This document shows, piece by piece, positions 60,167 through 64,000 of a stretch of DNA of 64,000 bases. The stretch spans positions 10,486-74,485 of the forward strand of contig JBDHXR010000001.1 in NCBI GenBank assembly GCA_039810825.1, given 5' to 3'. Position numbers and translations under genes: made by a program. Positions within the stretch are counted from its first letter, which is position 1. Every line of letters begins with the position of its first letter. Below the pieces are notes generated by a model. It was not told the DNA's origin and did not search any database. It saw nothing but the letters and a program-made list of their open reading frames with translations. Source of the DNA: Fluviicola sp. Lineage in GTDB: Bacteria; Bacteroidota; Bacteroidia; Flavobacteriales_D; Crocinitomicaceae.

Positions 60167-61927
60167 ATGAACCTTTATTCTACAAATTCTACAAAGTGCT
60201 TGCTAGTTGTTGCTTTATCTTTGATAATTATCTCATGCTCTAATAATAGAAAGCAATCAGATAATGCAGGAGGAAGCTTTCACATGGCTATAGATAATGA
60301 ACCAACAAATTTGGTAGCTAGAAAAGTTGCTGATTTTTATTCATTTTCATTGTTGTCGCATGTAATGGAAGGCTTGGTTAGTGTTAACTCGGAAGATTTG
60401 TCGCTTCAGCCGCAACTGGCAAAAAGTTGGCAAATTAATGAAAACGGAACTGTTTTTACTTTTCAAATTCGAAATGATGTTTATTTTCATGAACATGCTG
60501 CGTTCTCATCAGATGAAGATAGATTGATGACCATTGAAGATGTGCTGTATTCATTTGAAAAAGCATGCAAGCCAGATCAAGAGGGTGAGGCTACAGAAGC
60601 ATATTTAACGTTGTTGTCTGGTCAGGTTAAAGGTGCAGATGATTTTTTTCAAGGGAAAACAAAGACGATTGAAGGTGTCCGAATCAATAAAGCAAAAAAT
60701 GAATTTGTAATCGAGTTGATGAATTCGGATCAAAGCTATATTAATAAATTGTCTAATTTGACTGCAAGTATTGTTTCAAAAAAGGTTGAAGAATATAAAG
60801 GTGGAGAGTTTGATGTTGTTGGAACGGGTCCTTTTTATTTTTCTAAAGAAGCGAATACAAAGCAAGACGAATATGTGTTGTTGAAAAATCAAGATTATTA
60901 CATGCTTGATGATAAGGGTTGCGCCTTGCCTTATTTAGATTCATTGATTTTACATGTTCAACCAAAAAAGCTAGAACAATTGGATATGTTTGAACAAGGT
61001 AAATTAGCAATTATTAGTGGATTGCCCACTTCAAGAATTACATCCATGTTAGAAGATCACATCAAAGATTTTAATACACAACCACCTTTGTTTATTTTAT
61101 ATAACAATCCATTGCTTACAACGGAGTATTATTTTTTCAACATGACCGAAAAAAGGTTTCAAGATGTTCGTGTTCGTAAGGCATTTAATTATGCCATTGA
61201 TAGAAAACGTTTGGCAGACAATGTGCTTCGAAATCAATACTACGAATACGGAATATATGGAATTACTCCACCTGTTGGATCTGCTTTTAAAGGCTATGGA
61301 TTTAGCGAGATAAAAAAAGAGGGATATGATTTTAACCCGGCTCTTGCAAAAAAATTATTGGCAGAAGCAGGCTATCCGGGAGGCAAGGGCTTTGGCTCTG
61401 TAAATTTACGTTTTGACATCAAAGACATTAACTCTGCAGTTGCAGAAGAAATAGCAAGCCAGTTGAATGAAACGCTTGGTATTAACGTAAACTTGGATGG
61501 CTCAACGTTTGAGCAGCGAAACTCGGATGAAAAGAAAGCGAATGGTGATATTTTCAGAACTGCGTGGATTGCAGATTATGTTAGCCCCGAAACGTTCCTG
61601 ATGAATTTTTACGGTAAATTGGTGCCAAACGATATCAATGAAGAGTCAGTTATCAATCATGCTCGCTATGTAAACCCTAAGTTTGATGAATATTTTGATA
61701 AAGCTCGTCAATCAGACAGAAAGAAAAGATATGATTATTTTACACAAGCTGAGGTAGAATTGATGAAAAATCCTCCAATCATACCTCTTTGGTACGCAAA
61801 TAATTTCACAATTACCTACTCGAAATATCGAAACTTGAAAAATAATCCGTTGCAGATTTTGGATTTAAGAAAAGTATATATCAAAGAGTGGACAAAAGAG
61901 GAATTTATTAAAAATTCTAAAAAGTAA
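60167..61927 (+). CDS. ABC transporter substrate-binding lipoprotein, family 5
   Basis: Lipobox IISCS; EGLV..PQLAKSW..FTFQIR..FHE, VGTGPF, DVRVRKAFNYAIDR, WIADY..PETF. Confidence 0.88.
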   Translation: MNLYSTNSTKCLLVVALSLIIISCSNNRKQSDNAGGSFHMAIDNEPTNLVARKVADFYSFSLLSHVMEGLVSVNSEDLSLQPQLAKSWQINENGTVFTFQIRNDVYFHEHAAFSSDEDRLMTIEDVLYSFEKACKPDQEGEATEAYLTLLSGQVKGADDFFQGKTKTIEGVRINKAKNEFVIELMNSDQSYINKLSNLTASIVSKKVEEYKGGEFDVVGTGPFYFSKEANTKQDEYVLLKNQDYYMLDDKGCALPYLDSLILHVQPKKLEQLDMFEQGKLAIISGLPTSRITSMLEDHIKDFNTQPPLFILYNNPLLTTEYYFFNMTEKRFQDVRVRKAFNYAIDRKRLADNVLRNQYYEYGIYGITPPVGSAFKGYGFSEIKKEGYDFNPALAKKLLAEAGYPGGKGFGSVNLRFDIKDINSAVAEEIASQLNETLGINVNLDGSTFEQRNSDEKKANGDIFRTAWIADYVSPETFLMNFYGKLVPNDINEESVINHARYVNPKFDEYFDKARQSDRKKRYDYFTQAEVELMKNPPIIPLWYANNFTITYSKYRNLKNNPLQILDLRKVYIKEWTKEEFIKNSKK

Positions 61928-61960
61928 TTTTATTTTTACGCCAACTAAGACTCAATTATT

Positions 61961-64000
61961 ATGAAAACCATACTTAGTATTGGCATAACTTTTCTTGCCT
62001 TTTTTTCATTTGCTCAGCCTAGTCAAACAGTGCGTGGAACTGTTTATGATTCCGAAACAAATTTTCCTGTTTTCCCGGCTGAGGTAAGTATCAAATTAAA
62101 AGATACTATACTCAAAACGTCAACAAGCACAGAGGGTATTTTTATGCTATTAAACGTACCTGTTGGAAAGCATAAGTTGGAGATTAAATCTCCAGATTTT
62201 GAATATTATTCAATGTCTGTTGATGTAAATTCAGGGAAACAAACGGTGTTGGAAATAAAAATGGTGGAATTGATTACGCAAGTTGATGAAGTAATTATTA
62301 CTGCCCAAAAACCAGGCGAGGTAAAAAACGAAATGGCTACAGTTTCTGCTCAACAGTTTAGTGTGGAAGAAACAGAACGTTATGCAGGTTCACGAGGCGA
62401 TCCTGCGCGTATGGCAAGTAACTTTGCTGGTGTGCAAGGAGCAGATGATTCAAGAAACGACATTATTGTAAGAGGAAATTCTCCGTTGGGCATTGTATAT
62501 AAAGTAGAAGGAATCGATATTCCAAATCCGTCACATTTTGCAACTTCCGGAAGTACCGGAGGCCCCGTTTCTATTATCAACAACAAATCGCTATCAAATT
62601 CAGATTTTTTTATGTCGGCTTTTCCTGCAGAATATGGAAACTCCATTTCAGGAATTTTTGATTTAAAATTGAGAAACGGAAACAACAACCAACATGAATT
62701 TACTGGTCAATTTGGTTTCTTGGGTACTGAAGTGATGGCTGAAGGTCCACTCAGTAAAAAAACCAGTGCCAGTTACCTTTTTATGGGACGATACTCAACA
62801 TTGAGTTTGTTTCAATTCATGGGAATTAAAATAGGTACAGATGCTGTGCCGGCGTATGGAGATGGAGCATTTAAGTTTAATTTCCCGCTTAAGAAAGGTG
62901 GACAAATTTCTCTTTGGGGAATGGGAGGTAAGAGTGAAATCAAAATCATGATATCCGACCAAAAAGAACTGTCAAAGGAATTGTATGGTGAAGGAGATAG
63001 AGATCAATACTTTGGGACAGCCATGGTAGTTGGAGGGTTAACGTATAAAAAACCGATTTCAGAAAACACCTTCATTACTTCAACGTTTGCTACAAGTTTT
63101 GAAAACCAGCATTCGCACCACAATTTACTTATCCGATCTTTGGATACAACGTATCAAGATGGAAATGAAAAAGTTACAATCAATGTAGATAGCATCTACC
63201 CAATTATGGGGTATCGATTTAATACGATGAAGTATTCCGGAATGTTTGCACTAACGCACAAACTGAATAAAAAACATATTATTAAAGTAGGAATGAACGC
63301 TGATTTCTTCACGTTTAATATGTTGGATTCAGTGCTTAGTTTTTCGAGCAATCAATTTGTAAACCGATGGAATTATTCAGGGCAAGGAGGGTTGTTGATT
63401 CAGCCATTTTTTCAATGGAAATACAGAATTACAGAGAAAATGGACTTTACAGCTGGGTTACATGCACAATATTATTCGTTTAGCAATTCATTAAGTGCAG
63501 CAGAACCTAGATTGGGATGGAAATGGCAATTAAAAGGCAATCAAAAATTGTCTGCCGGTGCAGGCTTGCACAGTCAAACCCAGCCTTTGTATAATTACAC
63601 TTTTCACTTAACAGACCCAAGTGGCGGAGCAATTTACCACAACAAACACATGGGCTTCACACGGTCTGTTCATACAGCTTTGGGCTACGAAAAAAACTTC
63701 AACAAAGGCTACCAAATTCGTACAGAAGTGTATTACCAGTATTTGTTTGATGTTCCTGTTTCGATTCATCCTTCTGCATTTTCCATGATCAATCAAGGTA
63801 GTGGCTTTGCCCGATTTTTTCCTGATACCTTGGTTAATAAAGGCACAGGTGAGAATTATGGATTTGAGTTAACTTTTCAGAAATATTTTAGTCAAAGCTT
63901 TTACATACTTGCAACGGCTTCAATATACAACAGCACTTACAAAGGCAGTGATGGTGTAAAAAGAAATACAAGTTACAACGGCATGTACACCGCAAATTTA
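61961..64000 (+). CDS. TonB-dependent receptor with N-terminal carboxypeptidase-regulatory-like domain (partial, runs off window)
   Basis: Not in the ORF track; translated by hand from ATG 61961: MKTILSIG..SQTVRGTVYD..VPVGKH..; plug ERYAGSRGDPARMASNFAGV..RNDIIVRGNSP..EGIDIPNPSHF..FPAEYGN. Confidence 0.88.
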   Translation, partial: MKTILSIGITFLAFFSFAQPSQTVRGTVYDSETNFPVFPAEVSIKLKDTILKTSTSTEGIFMLLNVPVGKHKLEIKSPDFEYYSMSVDVNSGKQTVLEIKMVELITQVDEVIITAQKPGEVKNEMATVSAQQFSVEETERYAGSRGDPARMASNFAGVQGADDSRNDIIVRGNSPLGIVYKVEGIDIPNPSHFATSGSTGGPVSIINNKSLSNSDFFMSAFPAEYGNSISGIFDLKLRNGNNNQHEFTGQFGFLGTEVMAEGPLSKKTSASYLFMGRYSTLSLFQFMGIKIGTDAVPAYGDGAFKFNFPLKKGGQISLWGMGGKSEIKIMISDQKELSKELYGEGDRDQYFGTAMVVGGLTYKKPISENTFITSTFATSFENQHSHHNLLIRSLDTTYQDGNEKVTINVDSIYPIMGYRFNTMKYSGMFALTHKLNKKHIIKVGMNADFFTFNMLDSVLSFSSNQFVNRWNYSGQGGLLIQPFFQWKYRITEKMDFTAGLHAQYYSFSNSLSAAEPRLGWKWQLKGNQKLSAGAGLHSQTQPLYNYTFHLTDPSGGAIYHNKHMGFTRSVHTALGYEKNFNKGYQIRTEVYYQYLFDVPVSIHPSAFSMINQGSGFARFFPDTLVNKGTGENYGFELTFQKYFSQSFYILATASIYNSTYKGSDGVKRNTSYNGMYTANL

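Overview
AT-rich chromosomal window from a Bacteroidota bacterium, probably Flavobacteriales (inferred from TAnnTTTG promoters, T9SS cargo proteins, an RprXY-type two-component system and a CzcA-TolC fusion). Most of it is housekeeping: cysS, metG, rnpA, mgtE, pccB, mce, sucAB, pntAB and sufS/sufE/sufT. Accessory content includes two T9SS-secreted proteins (one a 1838-aa repeat protein with a beta-helix partner), an RND metal-efflux locus, OmpA-like proteins (one frameshifted) and a partial TonB-dependent receptor at the right edge that the ORF track misses. I saw no rRNA, tRNA, CRISPR array or transposase. The best candidate for an undescribed system is at 41221-45411: a hybrid kinase, Hpt protein and sigma54 activator, followed directly by two tandem palindromic enhancer-like sites, a sigma54-like promoter and a ~255-nt almost fully structured non-coding region that displays three AGUUAG repeats and ends in a terminator. 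The second candidate is a His-rich leader protein ending in WQPPR, whose stop codon lies in a hairpin that would occlude the czcA initiation region (a possible metal-sensing ribosome-stalling attenuator). All structures and motifs were read by eye; none were computed or database-checked.
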